A stretch of DNA of 64,000 bases. It comes from Bacillota bacterium. GTDB taxonomy: Bacteria; Bacillota; Clostridia; Christensenellales; UMGS416. Position 1 is the first letter of the stretch, and the number at the start of each line of letters is the position of its first letter. The position numbers were made by a program, and so were the translations under genes. The notes beneath the pieces were generated by a model. That model was not told where the DNA came from, ran no database searches, and saw only the letters and a list, made by a program, of their open reading frames with translations. Shown piece by piece: positions 1-9,874 of this stretch. Location: contig JAEEJN010000089.1 in assembly GCA_016281935.1 (NCBI GenBank), forward strand, positions 35,315 through 99,314, written 5' to 3'.

Positions 1-609
1 GGTGACGAGGGTTTCGAAAGCGGGGAGATAAGTCTCCCAGAGATCCTTATCGCTTACGACGGCATCAAATTCGTGACGGAGGGATTCGGGACCGCTATGT
101 ACGGCAAAATGCTTGGCGCAGGCAGCTGCTTTGATCCTCGGGCCATCGCCCTGGAGACCGCGAACGAACGCATCTCCCAGAGCGGACGTCAGCATGGGAT
201 CTTCGCCGAACGTCTCCTGGCCGCGTCCCCAGCGGGGATCGCGGAAGATGTTGATGTTCGGGCTCCAGAAAGTCAGGCCTTTGTAGATTCCGCGGTCGTT
301 TTTCTGGGAAAACGCGTTGTACTTGGCACGGGCTTCCGTGGAAATGATCTCTGCGACAGCATGGACCGTTTCAGGATCGAAGGTGGCTGCCAGGCCGATG
401 GCCTGGGGGAATACGGTGGCGAGTCCGGCACGCGCAACGCCGTGCAGTGCCTCGTTCCACCAGTTGAATTCCGGGACTCCGAGACGTTCAATCGCAGGTG
501 CCGTATACAGCATCTGAGAAGCGGCCTCCTCCAGTGTCATGCGGGAGACGAGATCTTCCGCACGTTCACGGTCGGACAGGCTCTCGTCCAAATAGGGAAG
601 CTTATCCAT
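1..609 (-). CDS. Glycoside hydrolase family 3 (beta-xylosidase-like), N-terminal part; runs off the left edge
   Basis: Not in the ORF track. Manual translation from ATG at 609 (RBS GAAAGG) gives MDKLPYLDESLS...WWNEALHGVARAG.ATVFPQAIGLAATFD...WSPNINIFRDPRWGRGQETFGEDP...CAKHFAVHSGPE, which are GH3 beta-xylosidase motifs. Confidence 0.9.
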   Translation of the reverse strand, partial: MDKLPYLDESLSDRERAEDLVSRMTLEEAASQMLYTAPAIERLGVPEFNWWNEALHGVARAGLATVFPQAIGLAATFDPETVHAVAEIISTEARAKYNAFSQKNDRGIYKGLTFWSPNINIFRDPRWGRGQETFGEDPMLTSALGDAFVRGLQGDGPRIKAAACAKHFAVHSGPESLRHEFDAVVSDKDLWETYLPAFETLVT

Positions 610-625
610 TTCGACCTTTCCTTTC

Positions 626-2128
626 TTAAAATAACGGTTTCAGCGCCGGATAGAGGGCGCAGTAAGTCCTGTACTGTTTCTCATACATGACCGCGCGCTC
701 AGGATCGGGCTGGGCTTTGACCTGAGATTTGGGAAGAGCCATGGCCGCCTGAGCGGACCAGAGACAGGATCCGATACCGGCGAGAAGCGCCGCACCGTAA
801 GCGCCGCCGTCCGCAGCTGCAGGAACGACGGAGATCGGGGCGTTGAAAACGTCGGAGAGGATCTGACGCCACAGAGGGGATTTGGAACCGCCGCCGGATA
901 CGATGAATTCCGTCGTCGTTACATCGGAGCCTTCGATCAGAAGCTCATAGACCTGACGGAGAGAATAGGCAACGCCTTCCATGACGGCCCGATTGAAATG
1001 ACCACGGGTATGTCTGGAGTGGATGCCGAAGAAGACGCCTCTCGCGTTCGGATCCTGCAGCGGGCAGCGCTCGCCTGTCAGATAGGGCAGATAGATCAGT
1101 CCTTCGGATCCTGCGGGCGTAGCTTCCGCTTCCTTGTCCAGTATGAAATAGACGTCCGGGCCTCCCTGTTCCTGCGCGGCTTTTTCAGCGGCGGCAAAAC
1201 TGTTGGCATACCACTGATAACTGCCGGCAGCGGCAAGCGTTACGCCCATACGGTGGTAGACGCCGGGAAGGTTATTGCAGAACGCCTGTACTTTGCCGCC
1301 CTGATTCTCTTTATAACTGTCCATAGCCATGGCGACCACACCTGAAGTACCAAGGGTGATCGCCGCTTTTCCGGGAGAGAGCAGACCGAGAGCGGTCGTG
1401 GAGATGACCGCATCACCGCCTCCGGCAAAGACCGCGGTACCGGCAGGGAGACCGGTCAGGGAAGCCGCTTTGGCAGTGACTTCGCCAACGGGGTCGATCG
1501 ATTCGGAAACCGCGGGGAAAAGACTGCGCCTCAGGCCGATCCTGTCGATCAGTTCCCAGGCCCAAACCTTGTTTTTCGTATCGAAAAGTCCGAAACCAGA
1601 AGCATCCGACACGTCTGTTCCCAGCGTATCGGTCAGCCGATAGCGGAGATAGTCTTTCGGATTGACGATGATGGCGGTCTTTTCATAATTCTCCGGTTCT
1701 TCCTCTTTCATCCAGAGGATCTTGCCGCCGGTGTAGCCCGTGAGAATGTCGTTGTTCGTATAACCCAGCAGGGCGTCCAGACCGCCTGCTGCCGAGCGGA
1801 TCTCGTCGCACTGGGAAGCCGTACGCTGATCGTTCCAGAGGATCGCAGGGCGGACGACAGATCCCGCTTCATCCAGTGCGACCATTCCGTGCATCTGACC
1901 CGAGAAGGATATGCCTTTGATCGTTCCGCCGTTCAGAGCCGCCGTGACGTTGCGAAGCGCTTCGGCCGTGCCCTGCCACCAGTCTTCGGGATCCTGCTGC
2001 GTCCAGCCGGGTCTGGGCTGCTCAAGAGGATAAAGGCAGGTATGAGATGCAGCGACAGCACCGTTTTCGTCTGCCGCGATCACTTTGACCCCGGATGTTC
2101 CGACATCGATACCTATGACGTAATTCAT
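626..2128 (-). CDS. xylB: Xylulokinase (FGGY carbohydrate kinase)
   Basis: GIDVGTSGVK, SFSGQMHG, ILWNDQR, TDVSDASG, LPYLTGERCP, RAVMEGVA and SGGGSKSPLW motifs. Confidence 0.85.
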   Translation of the reverse strand: MNYVIGIDVGTSGVKVIAADENGAVAASHTCLYPLEQPRPGWTQQDPEDWWQGTAEALRNVTAALNGGTIKGISFSGQMHGMVALDEAGSVVRPAILWNDQRTASQCDEIRSAAGGLDALLGYTNNDILTGYTGGKILWMKEEEPENYEKTAIIVNPKDYLRYRLTDTLGTDVSDASGFGLFDTKNKVWAWELIDRIGLRRSLFPAVSESIDPVGEVTAKAASLTGLPAGTAVFAGGGDAVISTTALGLLSPGKAAITLGTSGVVAMAMDSYKENQGGKVQAFCNNLPGVYHRMGVTLAAAGSYQWYANSFAAAEKAAQEQGGPDVYFILDKEAEATPAGSEGLIYLPYLTGERCPLQDPNARGVFFGIHSRHTRGHFNRAVMEGVAYSLRQVYELLIEGSDVTTTEFIVSGGGSKSPLWRQILSDVFNAPISVVPAAADGGAYGAALLAGIGSCLWSAQAAMALPKSQVKAQPDPERAVMYEKQYRTYCALYPALKPLF

Positions 2129-2129
2129 G

Positions 2130-3167
2130 CTAGACCTCCAGTATAATTTTCACGCATTCATCTTTATGTTCCGCGTTGAAGGCAAACGCCTCCGGCGCCT
2201 GTTCCAGTGGATATGTGTGGCTCACGATTTCCCTGACCGGCAGTCCGTCTGCAATCATCTCAGTGACGGCTGCATACTGGTTGCGGTAGCGGTAGAGGCC
2301 ATGGACATCCAGCTCCTTCCGGACGACCTGCAGGGTCGGGAAGGGGAGACTGGTCTGCGCAGGCATGGAAACGAGCGTCACGGATCCGCCTCTCCGGCAG
2401 AGCTCCACGGCCTGGGACGGCGTATCGGTCTCGCCCGCGCATTCGATCACGAGATCGAAACCTTCGCCTCCGGATGCGCGCATCAGATCCTCATTGGATT
2501 CCTTCCGGGGATCGTGGACGATGGCTCCGAGTTCCTGCGCTTTGTTTCTGCGGAGTTCGAGCGGTTCCGTCTGGTGGATTTCCGTCAGTCCCATCTTCCT
2601 GAGGGCGAGAAGCGTGCACAGCCCGATGCATCCCGCACCAATGATCAATGCCTTGCGTCCGGGAACGACGGCATCGCTTCGAAGCGCGGCATGGAATCCT
2701 ACACTCATGGGCTCGACCATCGCTCCTTCCAGCGTGGTCATACTGCTTGGGAGCTCGACCAGACGGTCTGCGGGAAAGGCAAGGTATTCCGACATGGAAC
2801 CGTCGTTGGGAATGGATCCGAGGAAACGGACGTCGGGACAGAGATTATACCGGCCTTCTCTGCACCATCTGCAGTGTCCACAGGTCACCTGAGGCTCGAC
2901 ACAGACTTTTTTTCCTATCAGATCACGTGGAACGCCGGCACCTGCTTCAACGACGGTTCCTGCAGACTCGTGCCCAAGGACCATAGGATACGGCACTTTT
3001 TTATCACCGATGCCTCCGTCGATATAGTAATGCAGATCCGATCCGCAGATTCCGATGTGCTGTACGTGAATAAGAGCTTCTCCCGGACCCGGGGAAGGAA
3101 TGGGACGAAGGACGATTTCGGCTTTGCGCAGTCCGGTCAGCGCGACTGCCTTCATCATATCGGACAT
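2130..3167 (-). CDS. Zinc-dependent polyol dehydrogenase (xylitol/sorbitol dehydrogenase-like, MDR family)
   Basis: GICGSDLH, GHE catalytic Zn motif, CGHCRWC...C structural Zn, GAGCIG Rossmann motif. Start moved to ATG 3167 behind RBS AAAGGAG. Confidence 0.85.
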   Translation of the reverse strand: MSDMMKAVALTGLRKAEIVLRPIPSPGPGEALIHVQHIGICGSDLHYYIDGGIGDKKVPYPMVLGHESAGTVVEAGAGVPRDLIGKKVCVEPQVTCGHCRWCREGRYNLCPDVRFLGSIPNDGSMSEYLAFPADRLVELPSSMTTLEGAMVEPMSVGFHAALRSDAVVPGRKALIIGAGCIGLCTLLALRKMGLTEIHQTEPLELRRNKAQELGAIVHDPRKESNEDLMRASGGEGFDLVIECAGETDTPSQAVELCRRGGSVTLVSMPAQTSLPFPTLQVVRKELDVHGLYRYRNQYAAVTEMIADGLPVREIVSHTYPLEQAPEAFAFNAEHKDECVKIILEV

Positions 3168-3423
3168 GAAACGCTCTCCTTTATGGTGCCGTTGGAAACG
3201 GATTGCCTCAGCCTTTCCGAGACCATTCCACGGCTCCAGAGAATGATGTTCATAATTTGCTTCAGTATAGCATATTTCAGGGATACTGGAAATGGAAAAA
3301 AAGAAAAAGTCGGAAAAGAAGGAGCAATGACGCGGGATGAACCGGTTCCGGATGAAGAGAGGTTCAGGCACGGCCGGACGGATACCGCCGGGAAAACATA
3401 CGCTGTTCTTTGAACGTAAATTT

Positions 3424-3432
3424 TGCTATAAT
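3424..3432 (+). promoter_or_regulatory. Extended -10 promoter element (TGCTATAAT) for the sua5-ywlE-upp cluster
   Basis: TGnTATAAT about 35 nt upstream of the predicted start. Confidence 0.55.
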
Positions 3433-3468
3433 ACATGAAAGCTGTTCAGAACCGTGAAGGAGATCATT

Positions 3469-4500
3469 TTGACCCAGCTCTATCATGCAGATCCGGATTC
3501 AATCCGGCATTGTGCCGATCTGATCCTTGAAGGGAAACTTGTCGCTTTCCCTACGGAAACAGTATACGGACTCGGCGCCAACGGCATGGATCCGGATGCC
3601 GTACGATCGATCTTTGCCGCAAAAGACCGTCCTGCGGACAATCCTCTGATCTATCATATCCACAGCCTGTCTCAATGGAGCGGACTTGTCACTGATATAC
3701 CGGATGCCGCTGCGGCCCTGGCTGAAGCTTTCTGGCCCGGACCTATGACGATCATCCTCCCGGCAAAACCCTGTGTTCCGGAAGTGGGAAGGGCTGGGCT
3801 TGCCACGGTAGGTGTCCGTATGCCGGATCATCCTGTCGCTGCGGCTTTTCTCGCTGCCTGCGGCGTACCCGTAGCTGCTCCGTCGGCGAATCGTTCGGGA
3901 AGGCCCAGTCCTACACGGGCAGAGGACGTTATGAAGGATATGGATGGCCGGATACCGGCAGTGCTGGACGGAGGTCCCTGCCGCATCGGACTGGAATCGA
4001 CAGTTCTGTCCGTCGAGATAGACAGAGTGAGAATCCTGCGCCCCGGCGGCGTGACCAGAGAGATGCTGGAAGCCGTCGTTCCCCACGTGGAGGTTCATGT
4101 GTCGGCTTTGTCACCTATGGCGGCCGGTTCGTCGGCACCTTCTCCCGGTATGCTGCATCGGCATTATGCTCCTAAAGCCAGAGTACTGCTGGCATCCGGT
4201 TCCGCACGGGATCAAGCGGAGAAGATATGCAGCGCTTACGATGCCTGTTCCGAGAACTGCATGATTCTCGGGACGGAAGAAAACCTTCCCATATACGGGA
4301 AACGGAAAGTCCTGACGTGGGGTACCAGAACGGATCCGGGAACGCTGGCCGAGACGCTGTTCACTCTCCTCAGAGAGGCGGACCGACAAGGTGCATCCGT
4401 TTTGTTTGCGGAAACCGTCGAGCCTGTCGGTTTGGGCCTTGCCGTAATGAACCGGCTCCTCCGCGCGGCGGAATTCCGGTATCTCGGCGATACCGTCTGA
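3469..4500 (+). CDS. sua5: L-threonylcarbamoyladenylate synthase (Sua5/TsaC with C-terminal SUA5 domain)
   Basis: VAFPTETVYGLGA, K.RP.DNPLI.H, APSAN.SG.PSPT, PGM..RHYAP. TTG start at 3469 follows AAGGAG; GTG 3454 is the alternative. Confidence 0.92.
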   Translation: MTQLYHADPDSIRHCADLILEGKLVAFPTETVYGLGANGMDPDAVRSIFAAKDRPADNPLIYHIHSLSQWSGLVTDIPDAAAALAEAFWPGPMTIILPAKPCVPEVGRAGLATVGVRMPDHPVAAAFLAACGVPVAAPSANRSGRPSPTRAEDVMKDMDGRIPAVLDGGPCRIGLESTVLSVEIDRVRILRPGGVTREMLEAVVPHVEVHVSALSPMAAGSSAPSPGMLHRHYAPKARVLLASGSARDQAEKICSAYDACSENCMILGTEENLPIYGKRKVLTWGTRTDPGTLAETLFTLLREADRQGASVLFAETVEPVGLGLAVMNRLLRAAEFRYLGDTV

Positions 4501-4589
4501 AAAACAGCAGGCAGGACTTGCGGAACAAGCGCCGCTTAATGTACAATAGGTAAGGGTTTATTCCCGTCCAGTTGAAAGGAAACCACGAA

Positions 4590-5039
4590 ATGAAAATCAT
4601 GTTCATCTGTTCCGGCAATACCTGCCGTAGCCCTATGGCGGAAGCGTTCCTGCGCCGCCGCCTTCAGGAAACGGGCGTATCGTCCATCGAGGTCATATCC
4701 GCCGGTGCGTGCATTTGGCCCGATGACGTGGCGGCACCGGATACGATAACCGAGATGAAGCTCCACGGGATCGATCTTTCCGGCCGTAAAGCCGTTCAGG
4801 CGACGCCGGAGATGCTTGCAGAGTGTGATCTTGTCCTTGCCATGACGCATGGAGTCGCGCGCTTTGTAAAGGATATGGTGCCGGAAGGCGCCAAGACTCA
4901 GGTCCTCAGTCTGGGAGACTATCTGGGCACGGGCGAAGAAGTGGACGATCCCTACGGATGCGGGGAAGAAGTATACCATGCGGTCGCCCAGCAGCTGGAA
5001 AGAATGGTTAACGCTGCAGCAGACAAGCTTGTGAAATGA
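4590..5039 (+). CDS. ywlE: Low-molecular-weight protein arginine/tyrosine phosphatase (YwlE-like)
   Basis: CSGNTCRS P-loop and DPY motif; conserved position between sua5 and upp; RBS GAAAGGA. Confidence 0.8.
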   Translation: MKIMFICSGNTCRSPMAEAFLRRRLQETGVSSIEVISAGACIWPDDVAAPDTITEMKLHGIDLSGRKAVQATPEMLAECDLVLAMTHGVARFVKDMVPEGAKTQVLSLGDYLGTGEEVDDPYGCGEEVYHAVAQQLERMVNAAADKLVK

Positions 5040-5090
5040 AGCCCGCAGCCACAGACTGCAAAGGCTATCTTCATATAAAGGAGAACGACC

Positions 5091-5720
5091 ATGGGTAAAT
5101 TCACGGTTTTGGATCATCCGCTGATCCAGCACAAACTCGCTATCATGCGTGACAAAGACACATCCTGCAAAGATTTCCGGGAACTCCTGGGAGAGATCGC
5201 TTCTCTTATGGCCTATGAAGTCACCCGCGATCTTCCGCTGGAGGATGTGGAAGTCGAGACACCCGTTGCTACGGCACACTGCAAGATGATCGCGGGCAAG
5301 AAGCTCGGCGTCGTACCGATCCTGCGCGCAGGACTCGGGATGGTGGAAGGCGTGGTCAATCTCGTCCCCTCCGCTCGTATAGGTCATATCGGTCTGTACC
5401 GCGATCCGGAGACCCATGAACCTGTCGAATACTACTGCAAACTGCCTCCTGATGTCGGAGAACGCGAACTTATCGTCGTAGATCCGATGCTCGCGACCGG
5501 AGGAAGCGCTTCTGCGGCTATTATGTTCATCAAGCGTCATGGCTGCAACAACATCAAGCTCATGTGCCTGGTTGCGGCGCCTGAAGGTGTGAAGCGGATC
5601 CAGGAAGACCATCCCGACGTGGACATCTTTACCGCAGCACTGGATGATCATCTGAATGAGCATGCCTACATTGTGCCCGGCCTGGGCGATGCAGGTGACC
5701 GACTCTTCGGTACGAAATAA
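5091..5720 (+). CDS. upp: Uracil phosphoribosyltransferase
   Basis: [45 protein letters not shown]. Confidence 0.97.
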   Translation: MGKFTVLDHPLIQHKLAIMRDKDTSCKDFRELLGEIASLMAYEVTRDLPLEDVEVETPVATAHCKMIAGKKLGVVPILRAGLGMVEGVVNLVPSARIGHIGLYRDPETHEPVEYYCKLPPDVGERELIVVDPMLATGGSASAAIMFIKRHGCNNIKLMCLVAAPEGVKRIQEDHPDVDIFTAALDDHLNEHAYIVPGLGDAGDRLFGTK

Positions 5721-5733
5721 TCAAGAAAAAGTC

Positions 5734-5763
5734 AGCGGCCGGATTACTCCGGCCGCTTCTTTC
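5734..5763 (+). terminator. Intrinsic terminator after upp
   Basis: AGCGGCCGGA-ttac-TCCGGCCGCT followed by TCTTTC. Confidence 0.65.
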
Positions 5764-5778
5764 AATTCAGGAGAAGAT

Positions 5779-6765
5779 ATGGATTACCATCAGCCCACGG
5801 CATTTACTTACCGCCGATGCCCGGTCCTCCGTCTGGAGCAGGTTTCTTTCATCATGCTTTATGCATCTATTCTGCTGTTCGGGATCGGGTATATCCGCGC
5901 AGAAATACGGCCTTATCTTACAGATGCTGACGGGGCGGTCTTCTTTGTTCTGGAATCGCTTCTGAGCATTTGTCTGTTTGCGCTTCCGGTGATTTTTATG
6001 ACGGTAAGTGCGGGCGTTCCTTCAGAAACTCTGATCGGGAGAGCGCTTATCCGGGGACAGGTGCCGTGGATTCTGCTGATGAGCGGTGCGGCAGTTTTTG
6101 CCGTCACCGGCTTCCAGATGATCTGGACCGTTATGATGCAGAGAACCGGAATTCCATACAGCCTGGATAACGGAACGAGTATCCCCCTCTGGCTGTCGAT
6201 CCCGTTTGCAGGTATCCTGGTACCTGTTTCAGAGGAGCTTCTATTTCGTGGAGCCATGCTTCCTGCCATGGAACGCCGCTGGGGCCGTGCTGCAGGCCTG
6301 CTCGTTTCTGCCGGCATATTCGCTCTGATGCATGGATCTGTACACAGGTTGCCCTATTCCTTTGCGCTGGGGCTGCTTCTGGCCATGATTATGATCCGTT
6401 CGGGATCCCTGTTCGGAGCGGTTCTCTTCCATGGAGTATATAATTCGGCTTCTTTGATCCTGAAAGCTCTTGCGGCCGCCGGCAGGGGTGCGGTAACGGT
6501 GAACCCTTATGCACAACCGGCCAACTGGCCGGGCATCATACTGCTGGGAAGCTTCCTGCTTCTAATCGGCGGGCTCTTCCTTGGTGTTTTTGCTGTAGGA
6601 TTCACTCATCGTTGCCCAACACATATGCCTGCACTGATGCGCGATGGGGATGATTCGGGCGAAGGCGGAGCATCCGGTGCGTCGTACCTGCCCATGGCTT
6701 TCATTGTTTCGATTTTCTTTCTGATGCTTCGACTGATCTGGACGACTTTGGAGATTTGGCCATGA
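5779..6765 (+). CDS. CPBP/CAAX-family intramembrane metalloprotease
   Basis: Many hydrophobic helices with EELLFRG, FALMH and HGVYN motifs. Start at ATG 5779 after AGGAG. Confidence 0.85.
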   Translation: MDYHQPTAFTYRRCPVLRLEQVSFIMLYASILLFGIGYIRAEIRPYLTDADGAVFFVLESLLSICLFALPVIFMTVSAGVPSETLIGRALIRGQVPWILLMSGAAVFAVTGFQMIWTVMMQRTGIPYSLDNGTSIPLWLSIPFAGILVPVSEELLFRGAMLPAMERRWGRAAGLLVSAGIFALMHGSVHRLPYSFALGLLLAMIMIRSGSLFGAVLFHGVYNSASLILKALAAAGRGAVTVNPYAQPANWPGIILLGSFLLLIGGLFLGVFAVGFTHRCPTHMPALMRDGDDSGEGGASGASYLPMAFIVSIFFLMLRLIWTTLEIWP

Positions 6766-7238
6766 AACTGCAGATTCTTGCTGTCGGTTCTCTGAATGAA
6801 CCGTTTTGGCGTGCCGCACAGGCAGAATATCTGAAACGGCTGAGCAGATATCTGCCCGTTACCGTGGAAGAGATCGCAGATCTTCCTGTTCCTGAGAGAC
6901 TGTCGGATGCAGAGAAGAACCGCGTGCTTGAACGGGAAGGGAACGCGCTTCTTGGAAAGATTCGCCAGGGCACACAATACTATTGTCTGGACAGTCATGG
7001 AAAAGAACTGTCGTCAGAAGACTGGGCAGACTGGCTTGAGACACGGCAGATGGATGGAACGAACACCGCTCTTCTGATCGGAGGATCCCTTGGCCTGTCA
7101 GATGAGGTCAAAAAGGGAGCCAAAGGTCTTCTCTCTTTTGGCCCGATGACACTGCCCCATGGATTGGCAAGGATCGTGCTTCTGGAGCAGGTCTACAGGG
7201 GGTGCAGGATACTGAGGCATGAACCTTATCATAAATAG
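6762..7238 (+). CDS. rlmH: 23S rRNA (pseudouridine1915-N3)-methyltransferase
   Basis: IGGSLGL, SFGPMTLPH.LAR.VLLEQ.YR and C-terminal EPYHK. Confidence 0.95.
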   Translation: MKLQILAVGSLNEPFWRAAQAEYLKRLSRYLPVTVEEIADLPVPERLSDAEKNRVLEREGNALLGKIRQGTQYYCLDSHGKELSSEDWADWLETRQMDGTNTALLIGGSLGLSDEVKKGAKGLLSFGPMTLPHGLARIVLLEQVYRGCRILRHEPYHK

Positions 7239-7273
7239 GGATTGTCATTCGTCATGGGCTCAGGATATGAGCG

Positions 7274-7302
7274 TTGAGAAAAGAAAGCCGCTATGATATA
7301 AT
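7274..7302 (+). promoter_or_regulatory. Sigma-A promoter for ychF
   Basis: TTGAGA-17 nt-TATAAT with an extended TG; implies a 5' leader of about 190 nt. Confidence 0.6.
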
Positions 7303-7497
7303 TCACCCGATAAAGAGACTATTTTCCTGCTCACGCAGGAAGAAGCTCGATATAAGGCAAGAACCCGAAAGAAAAAGTATACGGTACGCCTTAAGCCACG
7401 ATCAAATGAAAAAAGGGCGTAAAATGGGCGTAATGGATTTTCGGGTGATTCCGAAAACCCTGAAAATACGGGACTTTTTGAGAGGATGTTGAGATAA

Positions 7498-8595
7498 ATG
7501 AAATTAGGAATCGTCGGTCTTCCCAATGTTGGCAAGAGCACACTGTTCAACGCGATCACAAAAGCGGGTGTGGCGGCGGCCAATTATCCTTTCTGTACGA
7601 TCGAGCCCAACGTCGGAGTCGTTACGGTCCCCGACCGCAGACTGGATGTCCTTGCGGAGATGTATCATCCGCAGAAATACACTCCGGCAACGGTGGAGTT
7701 TGTGGACATCGCCGGCCTGGTACGGGGGGCATCCAAGGGCGAGGGGCTGGGCAACCAGTTCCTGAGCCATATTCGTGAATGCGACGCGATCGTAGAGGTC
7801 GTTCGCTGTTTCGAAGATGATGACGTGACGCATGTGGACGGTTCCGTGGATCCCGTCAGGGATATGGAGACGATCGGCGTGGAATTGATGCTTGCCGATC
7901 TGGCGACGGTCGAAAAGCGTCTGGAGCGTACTGGAAAATCCGCCAAGTCAGGTGATAAGCGTCTTAAGGAAGAAGCGGAAGCTCTTCAGTTTCTTGCGGA
8001 TTCACTGAACGAAGGAATACCTGTCCGTGCATTGGAACTGACTGAGATTCAGGCCGGACTCGTTCATGATATGTGGCTTCTCACTGCCAAACCTATCCTG
8101 TATGCCGCCAACGTGGCTGAGGATGATCTAGGGCCGGACGCGGAGGACCTTCCGATGGTTGCTCGTGTACGGGAACGTGCCGCAGCGGAAGGTGCAGAAG
8201 TCGTCGTCGTATCCGCTGCCATCGAAGCCGAGATCGCCGAGATGGATCCGGAAGAAGGAAAGGCTTTCCTGGAAGAACTCGGACTGCATGAAAGCGGACT
8301 GGATCGGATGATCCGGAAGTCCTACCATCTCCTTGGCCTGATCTCTTATCTGACAGGCGGAGAAAAGGAAGTCCGTGCCTGGACGATCACCAAAGGGACC
8401 AAAGCGCCTCAGGCAGCCGGTAAGATCCATTCCGATTTCGAAAAAGGATTCATCCGTGTGGAAGTCGTTCCATTCGATACGCTGGAGAGCCTGGGTTCGA
8501 TCAATGCCTGTAAGGAAAAAGGGCTTGTCAGAATCGAAGGAAAAGAATATGTGATGCAGGACGGAGATGTCGTCCTTTTCCGCGTGAATGTCTGA
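7498..8595 (+). CDS. ychF: Ribosome-binding ATPase YchF (Obg family)
   Basis: [46 protein letters not shown] domain [11 protein letters not shown]. Confidence 0.97.
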   Translation: MKLGIVGLPNVGKSTLFNAITKAGVAAANYPFCTIEPNVGVVTVPDRRLDVLAEMYHPQKYTPATVEFVDIAGLVRGASKGEGLGNQFLSHIRECDAIVEVVRCFEDDDVTHVDGSVDPVRDMETIGVELMLADLATVEKRLERTGKSAKSGDKRLKEEAEALQFLADSLNEGIPVRALELTEIQAGLVHDMWLLTAKPILYAANVAEDDLGPDAEDLPMVARVRERAAAEGAEVVVVSAAIEAEIAEMDPEEGKAFLEELGLHESGLDRMIRKSYHLLGLISYLTGGEKEVRAWTITKGTKAPQAAGKIHSDFEKGFIRVEVVPFDTLESLGSINACKEKGLVRIEGKEYVMQDGDVVLFRVNV

Positions 8596-8612
8596 TGACA
8601 GTAATTGAATAG

Positions 8613-8640
8613 TCCCCCGGAGGTGACTCCGGGGGATCTT
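8613..8640. terminator. Hairpin terminator between convergent ychF and serine hydrolase
   Basis: TCCCCCGGAG-gtga-CTCCGGGGGA. Confidence 0.6.
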
Positions 8641-8654
8641 GCTTTATCTGGGGT

Positions 8655-9857
8655 TTATTCCATGCAACCGTAGGCTACGGCGCGCATGCGAAGATGATGG
8701 TATTCTTCAAGGTTCGGCTGCAGGTTGTGCATATAGACGATGGATACGCCTTCGGAAGGATCGGATTCGGCCCAGGTGCCCGAGCCGCCGGTCCAGCCAA
8801 ACTGTCCGAGAGAACCGTTGTGATGGCCCGTATACTTATCCATGAGGGTCCGGACGCCGTATCCGTATCCGTAACCTGCGAGATAATTATTGGAGAAATC
8901 TTTCTTGATCATCTCGGGAGTCAGGGTGTTGGTCCGCATCAGGTCGATCGTCTTGCGGCCGAGGAACCGTTCCCCGTTATACTCGCCTCCATTGGCAAGC
9001 ATCTGCATGAGCTTCGTGTAGTCCCGGCAGTTTGTGATGACGCGGGAGAAACCGGGTACCGTTCCCAGCGGGCCGACCATTCTGGCTTCACGTTCAGGCG
9101 GGCAGATATACAGGGAATCGGGATCTCCGAGATTGGATCCCCGTTTCAGGAAATAATCCTTGACGAGCCGCTCCCCGATATCGCCGAAAACGAAGTTGGC
9201 GGAACTGTCCATTCCGAGGGGTTCGAACAGAGTTTCCTTGATGACCAATTCCGCAGGCTTCCCTCCGATCACTTCCAGAAGGCCTGCCGTCAGTTCGCTG
9301 GCAAAACCGTACAGCCACTGCGTCCCGGGCTCGAAAGCTAGGGGAACTTCCGACATGGCTTTGATCTGTTCGCGAAGCGTATAGTATCCTTTGTCCGTCA
9401 GCGGCTTCATCTTTTCCGCCATGGCAGCGGCCGTAGGATGAGAGACGACAGGCGTTCCGCCCATGATCATATGGTAGGGCAGACCGCAGGTCATGTTCAT
9501 GATGTTTTTGATGGTGATGGGATGTTCGACAGGTACGATATCGAAACCTCCGTTGCCTTTCGGGACCCTTTTCACAGAGTGACGCCATTCGGGAAAATAC
9601 TCATAGATCGGATCCGACATGAGGAATCTGCCCTGTTCGAAAAGCATCATGGCGGTCGTATACATGGCGACCTTTGTCAGGGATGCCTGACGGAATACGT
9701 TTGCTCTTGTCAGAGGGATCCTGTTCTCGATATCGGCATAGCCGAAGTATCCTTCATAGAGGATCTCGCCTTTTTTGGCGATCACACAGGAACAGGAGGG
9801 CAGTCCGTCATCTACATATCTCTGGAGCAGAGCATCCAGATCTTTGAATTCAGCCAT
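8655..9857 (-). CDS. Serine hydrolase, beta-lactamase/family VIII esterase-like (paralog 2)
   Basis: SxxK (ASLTK), FEPGTQWLYG, FGWTGG; no signal peptide. Confidence 0.85.
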   Translation of the reverse strand: MAEFKDLDALLQRYVDDGLPSCSCVIAKKGEILYEGYFGYADIENRIPLTRANVFRQASLTKVAMYTTAMMLFEQGRFLMSDPIYEYFPEWRHSVKRVPKGNGGFDIVPVEHPITIKNIMNMTCGLPYHMIMGGTPVVSHPTAAAMAEKMKPLTDKGYYTLREQIKAMSEVPLAFEPGTQWLYGFASELTAGLLEVIGGKPAELVIKETLFEPLGMDSSANFVFGDIGERLVKDYFLKRGSNLGDPDSLYICPPEREARMVGPLGTVPGFSRVITNCRDYTKLMQMLANGGEYNGERFLGRKTIDLMRTNTLTPEMIKKDFSNNYLAGYGYGYGVRTLMDKYTGHHNGSLGQFGWTGGSGTWAESDPSEGVSIVYMHNLQPNLEEYHHLRMRAVAYGCME

Positions 9858-9874
9858 CGTTACGCTCCTTTCCC

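Noticed and set aside
73-690. 205-aa plus-strand ORF at the window start
   Set aside because: Shadow of the minus-strand GH3 gene, which the track missed because it lacks a stop inside the window.
7274-7492. 72-aa ORF between rlmH and ychF
   Set aside because: Its TTG start is the -35 box of the predicted promoter; no RBS or recognisable family.
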